From NCBI GenBank assembly GCA_040954595.2, contig CM082576.2, positions 5,802,760-5,866,759 of the forward strand: a stretch of DNA of 64,000 nucleotides, written 5' to 3'. The DNA is from Balanoglossus misakiensis. Taxonomy: Eukaryota; Animalia; Hemichordata. Below are positions 42,252-55,179 of the stretch, piece by piece. Every line of letters starts with the position of its first letter. The first letter of the stretch is position 1. The position numbers and the translations under genes are program-made. The notes under the pieces were generated by a model that saw only the letters and a program-made list of their open reading frames with translations, ran no database searches and was not told the origin of the DNA.

Positions 42252-45200
42252 CACGCTGCGGTGCAAATAAGATCCTTGGAGTTATGCTGCACTATAGTGC
42301 GGAAAATTTCCGACTTTTTCGAGTACAAATCGTGATGGCGAAGGGTTCAGGAAGGCTAGCCTTTTACCTGAAGGTGTCAACTGATGTTGGTTCGAGACCA
42401 CTTTTTTTCTATTTTTTTTGTGAGAACTTTTAACGACATTATCATTGTAGTTTTTATCATTTTCATAAATCCAATTCATTTCATTATCTACGCTGCGTTT
42501 TTTATCTGTCGGGTATAAGAAATATGCAGGGAAACTTGGTCATTTTTTTGTCGCGGTTCACTTGGGCAAGTCTGAATACGGAGTGCTCAGCAGAGAGAAA
42601 GATAAACTCGCTAAAACCGTGTCTTTCCAGCCGCATGACCAACCAAGGAGCGAAAAAGTCGTTATTTAGGCCGTAATAAAACGTTTTTGTCGCCGAGGAG
42701 TGAATAAAGAACGGTCAGATCGTTGCGGTGCAGGGAACTCACCTCTTATTTGCACCGCTGCGGTGCAAATAAGATCATTGGAGTTATGCTGCAATATAGT
42801 GCGGAAAATTTCCGACTTTTTCGAGTACAAATCGTGATGGCGAAGGGTTCAGGAAGGCTAGCCTTTTACCTGAAGGTGTCAACTGATGTTGGTTCGAGAC
42901 CACTTTTTTTCTATTTTTTTTTGTGAGAAATTTTAACGACATTATCATTGTAGTTTTTATCATTTTCATAAATCCAATTCATTTCAATATCTACGCTGCG
43001 TTTTTTATCTGTCGGGTATAAGAAACATGCAGGGAAACTTGGTCATTTTTTTGTCGCGGTTCACTTGGGCAAGTCTGAATACGGAGTGCTCAGCAGAGAG
43101 AAAGATAAACTCGCTAAAACCGTGTCTTTCCATCCGCATGACCAACCAAGGAGCGAAAAAGTCGTTATTTAAGCCGTAATAAAACGTTTTTGTCGCCGAG
43201 GAGTGAATAAAGAACGGTCAGATCGTTGCGGTGCAGGGAACTCTTATCTGCACCGCTGCGGTGCAAATAAGAATTTGCACCGCTGCGGTGCAAATAAGAT
43301 CATTGGAGTTATGCTGCAATATAGTGCGGAAAATTTTCGACTTTTTCGAGTACAAATCGCGATGGCGAAGGGTTCAGGAAGGCTAGCCTTTTACATGAAG
43401 GTGTCAACTGATGTTGGTTCGAGACCACTTTTTTTTCTATTTTTTTTTGTGAGAACTTTTAACGACATTATCATTGTAGTTTTTATCATTTTCATAAATC
43501 CAATTCATTTCATTATCTACGCTGCGTTTTTTATCTGTCGGGTATAAGAAACATGCAGGGAAACTTGGTCATTTTTTTGTCGCGGTTCACTTGGGCAAGT
43601 CTGAATACGGAGTGCTCAGCAGAGAGAAAGATAAACTCGCTAAAACCGTGTCTTTCCATCCGCATGACCAACCAAGGAGCGAAAAAGTCGTTATTTAGGC
43701 CGTAATAAAACGTTTTTGTCGCCGAGGAGTGAATAAAGAACGGTCAGATCGTTGCGGTGCAGGGAACTCTTATTTGCACCGCTGCGGTGCAAATAAGAAT
43801 TTGCACCGCTGCGGTGCAAATAAGATCATTGGAGTTATGCTGCAATATAGTGCGGAAAATTTCCGACTTTTTCGAGTACAAATCGTGATGGCGAAGGGTT
43901 CAGGAAGGCTAGCCTTTTACCTGAAGGTGTCAACTGATGTTGGTTCGAGACCACTTTTTTTTCTATTTTTTTGTGTGAGAACTTTTAACGACATTATCAT
44001 TGTAGTTTTTATCATTTTCATAAATCCAATTCATTTCATTATCTACGCTGCGTTTTTTATCTGTCGGGTATAAGAAATATGCAGGGAAACTTGGTCATTT
44101 TTTTGTCGCGTTTCACTTGGGCAAGTCTGAATACGGAGTGCTCAGCAGAGAGAAAGATAAACTCGCTAAAACCGTGTCTTTCCATCCGCATGACCAACCA
44201 AGGAGCGAAAAAGTCGTTATTTAGGCCGTAATAAAACGTTTTTGTCGCCGAGGAGTGAATAAAGAACGGTCAGATCGTTGCGGTGCAGGGAACTCTTATT
44301 TGCACCGCTGCGGTGCAAATAAGATCATTGGAGTTATGCTGCAATATAGTGCGGAAAATTTTCGACTTTTTCGAGTACAAATCGCGATGGCGAAGGGTTC
44401 AGGAAGGCTAGCCTTTTACATGAAGGTGTCAACTGATGTTGGTTCGAGACCACTTTTTTTTCTATTTTTTTTTGTGAGAACTTTTAACGACATTATCATT
44501 GTAGTTTTTATCATTTTCATAAATCCAATTCATTTCATTATCTACGCTGCGTTTTTTATCTGTCGGGTATAAGAAACATGCAGGGAAACTTGGTCATTTT
44601 TTTTGTCGCGGTTCACTTGGGCAAGTCTGAATACGGAGTGCTCAGCAGAGAGAAAGATAAACTCGCTAAAACCGTGTCTTTCCATCCGCATGACCAACCA
44701 AGGAGCGAAAAAGTCGTTATTTAGGCCGTAATAAAACGTTTTTGTCGCCGAGGAGTGAATAAAGAACGGTCAGATCGTTGCGGTGCAGGGAACTCTTATT
44801 TGCACCGCTGCGGTGCAAATAAGAATTTGCACCGCTGCGGTGCAAATAAGATCATTGGAGTTATGCTGCAATATAGTGCGGAAAATTTCCGACTTTTTCG
44901 AGTACAAATCGTGATGGCGAAGGGTTCAGGAAGGCTAGCCTTTTACCTGAAGGTGTCAACTGATGTTGGTTCGAGACCACTTTTTTTTCTATTTTTTTGT
45001 GTGAGAACTTTTAACGACATTATCATTGTAGTTTTTATCATTTTCATAAATCCAATTCATTTCATTATCTACGCTGCGTTTTTTATCTGTCGGGTATAAG
45101 AAATATGCAGGGAAACTTGGTCATTTTTTTGTCGCGTTTCACTTGGGCAAGTCTGAATACGGAGTGCTCAGCAGAGAGAAAGATAAACTCGCTAAAACCG

Positions 45201-47190
45201 TGTCTTTCCATCCGCATGACCAACCAAGGAGCGAAAAAGTCGTTATTTAGGCCGTAATAAAACGTTTTTGTCGCCGAGGAGTGAATAAAGAACGGTCAGA
45301 TCGTTGCGGTGCAGGGAACTCTTATTTGCACCGCTGCGGTGCAAATAAGAATTTGCACCGCTGCGGTGCAAATAAGATCATTGGAGTTATGCTGCAATAT
45401 AGTGCGGAAAATTTCCGACTTTTTCGAGTTCAAATCGTGATGGCGAAGGGTTCAGGAAGGCTAGCCTTTTACCTGAAGGTGTCAACTGATGTTGGTTCGA
45501 GACCACTTTTTTTTTCTATTTTTTTTTTGTGAGAACTTTTAACGACATTATCATTGTAGTTTTTATCATTTTCATAAATCCAATTCATTTCATTATCTAC
45601 GCTGTGTTTTTTATCTGTCGGGTATAAGAAATATGCAGGGAAACTTGGTCATTTTTTTGTCGCGGTTCACTTGGGCAAGTCTGAATACGGAGTGCTCAGC
45701 AGAGAGAAAGATAAACTCGCTAAAACCGTGTCTTTCCATCCGCATGACCAACCAAGGAGCGAAAAAGTCGTTATTTAGGCCGTAATAAAACGTTTTTGTC
45801 GCCGAGGAGTGAATAAAGAACGGTCAGATCGTTGCGGTGCAGGGAACTCTTATTTGCACCGCTGCGGTGCAAATAAGAATTTGCACCGCTGCGGTGCAAA
45901 TAAGATCATTGGAGTTATGCTGCAATATAGTGCGGAAAATTTTCGACTTTTTCGAGTACAAATCGTGATGGCGAAGGGTTCAGGAAGGCTACCCTTTTAC
46001 ATGAAGGTGTCAACTGATGTTGGTTCGAGACCACTTTTTTTTTCTATTTTTTTTGTGAGAACTTTTAACGACATTATCATTGTAGTTTTTATCATTTTCA
46101 TAAATCCAATTCATTTCATTATCTACGCTGCGTTTTTTATCTGTCGGGTATAAGAAACATGCAGGGAAACTTGGTCATTTTTTTTGTCGCGGTTCACTTG
46201 GGCAAGTCTGAATACGGAGTGCTCAGCAGAGAGAAAGATAAACTCGCTAAAACCGTGTCTTTCCATCCGCATGACCAACCAAGGAGCGAAAAAGTCGTTA
46301 TTTAGGCCGTAATAAAACGTTTTTGTCGCCGAGGAGTGAATAAAGAACGGTCAGATCGTTGCGGTGCAGGGAACTCTTATTTGCACCGCTGCGGTGCAAA
46401 TAAGAATTTGCACCGCTGCGGTGCAAATAAGATCATTGGAGTTATGCTGCAATATAGTGCGGAAAATTTCCGACTTTTTCCAGTACAAATCGTGATGGCG
46501 AAGGGTTCAGGAAGGCTAGCCTTTTACCTGAAGGTGTCAACTGATGTTGGTTCGAGACCACTTTTTTTTCTATTTTTTTTTTGTGAGAACTTTTAACGAC
46601 ATTATCATTGTAGTTTTTATCATTTTCATAAATCCAATTCATTTCATTATCTACGCTGCGTTTTTTATCTGTCGGGTATAAGAAATATGCAGGGAAACTT
46701 GGTCATTTTTTTGTCGCGGTTCACTTGGGCAAGTTTGAATACGGAGTGCTCAGCATACAGAAAGATAAACTCGCTAAAACCGTGTCTTTCCATCCGCATG
46801 ACCAACCAAGGAGCGAAAAAGTCGTTATTTAGGCCGTAATAAAACGTTTTTGTCGCCGAGGAGTGAATAAAGAAAGGTCAGATCGTTGCGGTGCAGGGAA
46901 CTCACCTCTTATTTGCACCGCTGCGGTGCAAATAAGATCATTGGAGTTATGCTGCAATATAGTGCGGAAAATTTCCGACTTTTTCGAGTACAAATCGTGA
47001 TGGCGAAGGGTTCAGGAAGGCTAGCCTTTTACCTGAAGGTGTCAACTGATGTTGGTTCGAGACCGCTTTTTTTTCTATTTCTTTTTTTTTGTGAGAACTT
47101 TTAACGACATTATCATTGTAGTTTTTATCATTTTCATAAATCTAATTCATTTCAATATCTACGCTGCATTTTTTATCTGTCGGGACCAAC
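42252..47190 (+). repeat. Tandem array (satellite) of ~526 bp units, ~9.5 copies
   Basis: GTGAATAAAGAA recurs at ~42700, 43203, 43729, 44255, 44755, 45281, 45809, 46336, ~46863; units differ by presence/absence of a 27 bp palindromic subrepeat and by T-run lengths. Confidence 0.97.
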
Positions 47191-47639
47191 CATCCTTTTT
47201 TGGCTATCCAATTTTTATCATAAACGCAAACAGGTGAGATGTTCCCATAATGGTCTTTCATCCCCAACCGGAGCTCAAATCTATTTTATCCTGAACCGTA
47301 ACTTTTGACCTACATCATGCGTTTGTTGGATGTCTTCGACATGCAAAAGTTCGTGCTCTTGTTTCGTGTTCTCTTGTACTAAAAATTGGTTTAATTTTTT
47401 TTGTTAGCAGAGAGGTTTAATTGTGACATTGTGGTCACATTGAAGCCACGTCTGGCAAACACAGTGTTGCACATATTGTGCAATTGGCGAAATGCATGGA
47501 TGTTGGCAACGTCACTATTATTGGAGATCGATCGCGACGTCTCGGCATCACGTGACAAAGATATTGGGCGTTCTGATCTAACGTGACGACGTATAACCAG
47601 ACTGCTCTAATATTCATTAAACCGGATAGAGAGCTTTCC

Positions 47640-50600
47640 ATGAACATGTCGAGAATTTTGTTCATCGTCTGTGTCGGCCTATCGCTGGCAGCAGCAGAAG
47701 TTCGATATGACGGGTGAGTTGTTTGTTGTAACTTTCTTTTCGTTCTGGGTTTCACAATTGTGTCTGACGTTAATATCCCAAATTTTCCATGTCGTATCAC
47801 AACATATGGCTACTCTAGTGCTGACAGTGTAAGCAACTAGTTCGAGAAATATTTTCAAAGCCCTACTTTTTATTGACTGCAGACTTATTTTATATTCAAC
47901 AAATTATCAGTCGTACCATCCCAGGGAATAGGCAAATAAGTAACTAGTGATTGACAGTGTATTTTGTTGAACGTATTTATACACGCAATGACTTCGCAGT
48001 TTAAATGCATTTTATCTCCCCGATCGACACCAGTAACCATATGGCACACAGCAGTCTTGGACAGTTTTGTGGTATTATCAGTTGAAGACATACACCGGCA
48101 CAGTGTTTTGTAGAATATTCGAAAATATATCACTCTTTTCAAAAGTTCATTAGTATGTAAAGGTGCAGTGTTAGAAACTATGTTAATGTCCGTTTTATTT
48201 TCAGTTACGAAGTTTTGCGCGTGGACGTGCAATCCAAGTTGCACGTTGACATCCTGGAAGTCTTGGGGGAAGACATCGAGGTAACCTCTTTCTGGGAAGT
48301 GTGGTGTACAAACAAGATTGAAATTGTACACTCTAAATATTTAAATTTATACAAAAATTTAGGATAATGTTGATCACATAATAAGAAAGCGCATATTCCT
48401 CTTTTAAATCAGTTGGCTATATGAGTTATATGATTATTTTTCATCAGTATAGTGCATACGCTTGATTTCCATATAATTTGAAATTACTGGCTTTTGAGAC
48501 CATAAGTTCGTTTTTATCTCTTAGGAGAGCTTGGCACAAATTTTGTAACGGTGAACTAGCTGATCATATCAGATAACCATTATGCGATCTTTCAGCTGGA
48601 CTTCTGGGATTTCCCGAGAGACCTCATGGTATCTCCTGCACAAGCTGGCAAGGTCAAATCCCTTCTTCAAAGACACGGAATTTCATACAACGTGTGGATT
48701 GAAGATGTCCAAGCAATTGTTGATTCTCAGTTAATAGATACCCAACGACAATCCGTGGATTTCTATACTTCCTACCATTCCTACGATGAGGTACAGTATT
48801 GCTTTAAAACAAGTTGAAATTTAACTTATTTTGCAATTTCCCTTGTAAACAGCACATTACCAAACGGGTAATCAACAAAACACAAAGGCCAACGCCTATT
48901 GTTTAAAGTACATATGTACTCACGAAAAGTTATATTTAAAAATAGGTTTATACACGTAAAGCAGTTATTACCATATGCCCATATATGGTCAAAATGGCGG
49001 ATCCTGATTTCCGAATTGTCATCTGGTGGCCCACTATTTTGCGTGTACCACCCACTGAAAATCGGTGATTGGCTATATTGAAATTTTCCATGGTAGCAGT
49101 TAATTCGCATAGATGAGCGTATACTAACAATGATCTAACACTGGTTGCTTGCAGATCAACCAATGGGTAAAGGACACCGCTGCTGCGTATTCAAATATCG
49201 CAATAGACTTTGTATTTTCCGAAACATCGTATGAAGGGCGAGAGCTGCGTGCATTGAAGGTAACAGTCAGTCTCAGAAATGGCAGTCATGCGAAAAGAAT
49301 GAACATGGTGATAAGATTCATATATATCTGCTTACACACGGAATCCACCATGCACTGCAATACGCTACTAAACTGGTATAGCGTATTGCAGTGTTGTTCA
49401 GTGTAGTGTAGTGTAGTGTAGTGTAGTGTAGTGTAGTGTAGTGTAGTGTAGTGTAGTGTAGTGTAGTGTAGTGTAGTGTAGTGTAGTGTAGTGTAGTGTA
49501 GTGTGCTTTACCCTGCCAATATTTAGTCAGTTTCCCAAATAAGACATTCTCACCGACGTTTTTTGTCGTCATTCAATCCCAGATCAGCGGTGGAGCAGCC
49601 ACAGATAAACCGGTTATTTGGATAGAAGGTGGGATCCACGCCCGTGAATGGATTTCACCGGCTACCGTCATGTATATAGCTGACACGGTAAGTCCAACCC
49701 GATAGACAATAACTGGGTTATCCTTATGTGAACTCAATATGAGGGCCGATACACGCTTATTAATTTATATTTCAAATAATTACATTTCAATTTGAAATAT
49801 ATTTCCGTTTTTTTCCATGCACTTTATAAGCTTTTGGCAGATTATGCAAAAGACGCGGAAGTGAAGAACATCATCGACAGCTATGAAATTTACGTCCATC
49901 CTTTAATCAACCCAGATGGCTACGAGCATACAAGGTTGGAAGTGAGTATGCAAATTTAATGGTTGGAGGATCAAGTCCGAAACCTGGGTGTGTTGGGCAC
50001 ATACATGTAGGTTGCTGTGAAGCTGTGGGGGATACATGTTTTGTGTTTGTCCGTCGGTCTCTGTGTCCTCACCATATTTGTTAGCAAATTATACCTTCAA
50101 GCTATAGTTTGTATGTGTTACATGTGTAGCATTAAACTGTCCGTTCGTGGCTACTCTCATCACTTGCTACTGAAGAAGGCCACATAATTGACCTCGTCTC
50201 ATTTCACATAAATTTGTATTCGACACTAATATGAAACACCCATACCATGCAGGACCGTATGTGGAGAAAGACGCGTTCTATAAATAAGGACAATGTCCTT
50301 TGCAATGGCACTGATGGTAACAGAAACTTCGAATATGAATGGGGAGGTAGGTGTAAGAAATATTAAAAATAATCGGCTAACTATTTGCCTTTAATTTAAA
50401 GTTTGTTTTTGGAAGTTGAAATGTCGACTAAGACATTCTGTCTGTATAGTTGAATTACACGATAGATTCTATACGCCCCTCGCTTAAATTTAGCTTAACG
50501 AAGGACAAGATGTCTCCCGCTGCAAGTGTTATGGAACTTTGTGCATGTATCGACAGTTAAAAAAGATGATGTCGTGGATGACGTCATTTGCTTCAGCCTA

Positions 50601-51577
50601 TCACTCCAACCTGTTTTCCGACGTATTATATAAGGTGACTTCATTATACCAAGGTACTCGAAGATAGACTTAGTGTTAAGATAATTTCTGTCGCCCCTTT
50701 CCAGGCGCTGGCTCAAGCAGCAACCCCTGTTCAAGCACTTACCGTGGTACAGCTCCGAATTCCGAGGCGGAAGTAAGGGTGATTACCGACTACCTGAAAA
50801 ATCTCAAGAATTCCGGTAGAGATATCGTTCTGTACATCGACTATCACAGCTACGGTCAAATATGGCTGACTCCCTATTCCTACACTGCTGCCATTGTCCC
50901 ACCCGAGCCAGACTACACTAAACAGGTGACAATTATAATTATTTACTGTAAATGTTGGAACATGATCAAATATGTTTGATTTGCATAATTAATTATCATT
51001 ATACAGCATAAGAAGTATGCGCTTTCTGAGATTTTATGTACATGATGACGAAAGTGTTCTTTTGGTTTGTGCGCAGATGAATATGGCGGACGCGGCTTGT
51101 GCTGCAACTTTTGGTGTACATGGCATGCAATACACCTATGGTCCATGCGGAGTAATTCTGTGTAAGTATAACATCAGCGCTGATGTTTTACTTTGAACTT
51201 ATCTATATTAATGATTAAATGATTAAAGAAGGTTAATCTGCAACAGTTTTTAAGTTAAGAAAACAGAAGTACTGTACATATACTACTGTTATGGGGCACA
51301 CTGAAAATATCAAAACAGTAATAGATCGGTTTACTTACATTTTAGTGATCATTAGAAATCATTTGCTGGTAATTTTGTCATTTCTTCCCTTGCAGACGAA
51401 GCTGCAGGAAATGCCAACGACTTCGGATACGGTACATTGGGCACAGTGTATTCCTTTGTGGTTGAACTCCGCGACACCGGGGATTTTGGCTTCCTGTTGC
51501 CTGAAGATCAAATCATTCCAACAGGAGAGGAATCCTACGCTGGATTTAAGGAAGCTATAAGAAATCTGGCAGGCTGA
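47640..51577 (+). CDS. M14A zinc carboxypeptidase (CPA/CPB-like preproenzyme), divergent third paralog
   Basis: Exons 47640-47713 (MNMSRILFIVCVGLSLAAAEVRYDG), 48204-48280, 48596-48790, 49155-49259, 49583-49687 ([14 protein letters not shown]), 49831-49941 (NPDGY), 50253-50346 ([15 protein letters not shown]), 50705-50925 (DYHSYGQ), 51077-51161, 51396-51577 ([33 protein letters not shown]); AATAAA at 51609. Confidence 0.94.
49400..49503. repeat. (GTGTA)n pentanucleotide microsatellite
   Basis: Direct reading; intronic. Confidence 0.97.
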
Positions 51578-52053
51578 TAGCGACCATTGTAGATGAAATA
51601 TAGATAACAATAAAGCAGTATGTAAAACAAAAAAATTGACAAAGTGACCAATGTTGTTTTAGAACATCCTATATAATGATAAATAAAAAAAGAAAGTAGA
51701 ATAAAGGGGGTGTTCGTCTAAAGTGTCCAAATTTTCATAAGCTCTAACCCATGAAAAATATCCAAAACTAACAAAATCACCAAAAAAGTTCGCAAAGTCG
51801 AGAATATGCGAGAATAATAATTTTCAGTCCAAGATAGTTGTGAACTGTATTCCAATTAAAGGCAATGACGTGTCAACTGCGCCCTCATTCGGTCGAATAA
51901 AGGATGCCGCTGTTTTACCTCGACTGAGCTCCTGATGACTGGAATGAATAAAGTTTATAATAAAATATTGTCCCTTAGAAAGGTAATCGGATGATCTACA
52001 ACCCACCATGTGAGAGAAATGTACTGAAAGTTAACTCCCGTGTGTAACTTATG

Positions 52054-52570
<517 letters not shown>

Positions 52571-52654
52571 CTATCAAGAGTATAGTATGTGATAGGATTT
52601 TTTTTGAAGTGATTAACAAGATTAATGTAATTATTCTTGAAAAACGCCACTATT

Positions 52655-53000
52655 GTAACGTTTTTCTTTTCTTAGGGGGGAGGTGTTACGTAGGAGAAGT
52701 TTGCTGTTGTTTTGTGACCAGGTGTGTTTTCGCTTACTTTCGTAATTTGAATATTTACGTGACCAGGTGTGGTGCATTCATTATTTTCCCCATATAAAAA
52801 GCCCGCGCGTTGTGTTGCGGCGTAGTTACTAATTTGGACTTGCCCGTGTGAGCTGTTCTGTTCCTCGCCGGCTTGGAAGATGTGCCTTATTTCCTGATAC
52901 ACTGGTCTAGAAACCGCGCCCAGAAACTGTGCTGTATTTCATGCTGTCCTGGTCTGGAAACCGACAATGGCAAACGCCTCTCAGGAAACCGCCCTAGCTC
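52655..53000 (+). mobile_element. Partial LTR-like fragment related to 61253-62047
   Basis: Starts TGTAACG/TGTTACG; two GTGACCAGGTGT motifs 45 bp apart followed by TATAAAA, as in the 61 kb element. The right boundary is approximate. Confidence 0.45.
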
Positions 53001-54034
53001 AGTTGAGTCTCAAAGCATTTCTTTTCAAATTTTACTTCATGGCAATTAAATTTCATCGTATAAAAAAGGGTCATCCTGTTCGAAATTTACAGGAATGATT
53101 TTTTTTATCCGACTAGGAGCTTTGACGTCAATGCCACAACCTAATTCAAAGAAAATCGTGGACATTTACTAAGAGTACTGGGAGTCAAACTAAGTCATTG
53201 ATACACTTCCTCGGTGTTTGACGTCAAGTCAATCAGTATATTGAGCCAATGCAGTGCCACAAAATTCAAGTATTTCAAGCGTACAATTTTAAGGTCACGA
53301 ACGCTTAACGCAGGCATGCATGGATATTCTTCGGTGACGCACGCTATCGATTGTCATAGTCACGTACATCACGCTACCGACACACAAAACGCTTTCGAGA
53401 TCTAGACACGGCTTTGACATTCATTTGTGTCGTCGGCAGCTAGTAAAAGGCCAGTGAAGCGTTAATTCATGACCACGGCCATTAACGTCATTGCATCCAT
53501 CGTCAAGCACCGAAGTCTAATCTTCAAAATTCGGAATGTTCCAGAACGCTCTTTCGGCCAAGTGCGTCGGTTCGGGACTCGGTGATAAACAGCCTAACAG
53601 GGTGATTTAGTTGCAGTAAACTGATAGGTTCACATCCATTTGTAAGTTTATAGCACGCTGGCGTGTGATCGGCCACGTTCACCATCCCTTGTATTTTCAA
53701 AGAGCAACCATGATGATCACCGCGTTTTCAGCGGTGACAGGACCAGATTCTACCCCTGGGAGATCGTCGTCATTCGTGCGAGGGGCACTTTAATACGTCC
53801 GTCCTAATACATAAAAAGGGTGATTTACAACAATTCGCCTTTAAAGCGCTTACACTCACATTATAAACGTGACTAGTGCATGTAATTCTGTACTGACATG
53901 CCTAAAATTATGGCTGGTCCTTTCGTCTGTTGGCCAAGGTTACAACACACGACTATCAGATTACGGGGAGTCTGTTTTCAAATGAAAGATAGTTCGACAA
54001 ACATATCTTCGGGGCATACATGTATACATCTTAA

Positions 54035-55179
54035 AGTGGAACGTTGTGATCCGTTTTTGAGCCAATTCGGCGAAATGCGATTAAAAAGTACTATGAAAAA
54101 CGTTGGTTTCATTCACTTTCACTTACGCATAACAGAGCTACAGCCAGCCAAAAACTGCGCGAACCCGGAAGTGAGTGACGTCAGCAACTGTTGTCCGCTG
54201 CCGACGCGTTGGAGCGAGCCTATGCTTATACACGCCTGCACTCACGCGACCGACGACGTTAGCATGGCAACATATTCTCGGGTAGTAGGCTACAATTTTG
54301 AACCAGAGATTCCCTTCTACGACCAAGCGACTGAATTTTACAGAGGACAAAAGTTCATGCAGTTCTGATCTCCGATGTGTCCCGTTTGTCAAGGCTTACA
54401 CTTGGTGTGGTTTCAGTGAAACCATAGACACTCCATGGGTGAAACTCCCTTGTTGTCTCTCCCTCGTTGTCACCTTTTCGAACCACTTTTCTTACAAAAA
54501 TACTTTGTCACCTTTTATGGAGTTGAAGAGAACGAAGGTGCATCGTCCTGCTCTCCAGGTGTAGTACGTCCGTAGTATAAGGGAAGCCAATACCATAGTT
54601 ATTCTATGCATGTTTCGTCTCTTGAAATGTATTAAAACTGCCCTTTTTAGTTGCTTTCATTTGATAACTATGCGATCGTCAATAAATGGAAATTAAACCC
54701 AAATACGTGTACCAAAAAACGTGCAGGAAGGATTTAAAACGGTACGTTTATTATTATCAGCGGCAGTTAGAACAACTTTGTATAGGCCTTACGGTTTGTT
54801 CATAAACGTCGACATGCATGGCATCTTGGACATTGCAGGGTCTATGTCTGCACGCATCGACAAATACAATACACGTAGAGCATTGCCTTTGAAAGAAACT
54901 TATCCCCGTCGATTTTCCGAATATGTTTTTAAAGTCATGAACTTGACATTTCGCCATGTCAGATCCGCGCAAAATGTGTCTGTTTATTGGAAATGACACG
55001 TCGAACGTGTAAGAGCCCTGCGCGTCGACTGCAACGCAAGTTGCTGACGTCACAGTAGTATTTTCAACTCGCGTCTTCTGCTTGCGCAGGAAGTGAAAGT
55101 GAATTAACCCATCGGAACGTTGCCGTTTTTGACACCCGGTTTGGACTTTGAAGCCCAAAATTGTGGGTGTCGTTCCTCT
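54035..55179. mobile_element. TTAA-flanked non-autonomous DNA transposon, Kolobok-like
   Basis: TTAA|AGTGGAACG .. CGTTCCTCT|TTAA (imperfect TIR, AG..CT ends rather than piggyBac CCC); subterminal IR TTCACTTTCACTT (~54112) / AAGTGAAAGTGAA (~55091). Confidence 0.65.

Larger units (their letters stand above)
31287..42630. repeat. Recent direct tandem duplication: unit 1 ~31287-37002, unit 2 ~37003-42630
   Basis: CCTAGTATGTACTGATATGC at 31287 and 37003; introns, microsatellites and exons are near-identical between units apart from three larger indels. Confidence 0.93.

Noticed and set aside
43885-43955. Bona fide tRNA gene or hammerhead ribozyme in the satellite unit
   Set aside because: No acceptor stem or cloverleaf could be drawn; CTGATGT lacks the CUGANGA..GAAA core. 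Kept only as a Pol III-like motif finding.
43203-46596. Repeated 83-114 aa ORF MNKERSDRCGAG..
   Set aside because: GTG start, frame broken by variable T runs between units, no recognisable domain.
42252-47190. CRISPR-like appearance (palindromic ~30 bp repeats at regular spacing)
   Set aside because: Intervening sequences are ~500 bp and near-identical rather than unique spacers; no cas genes; eukaryotic context.
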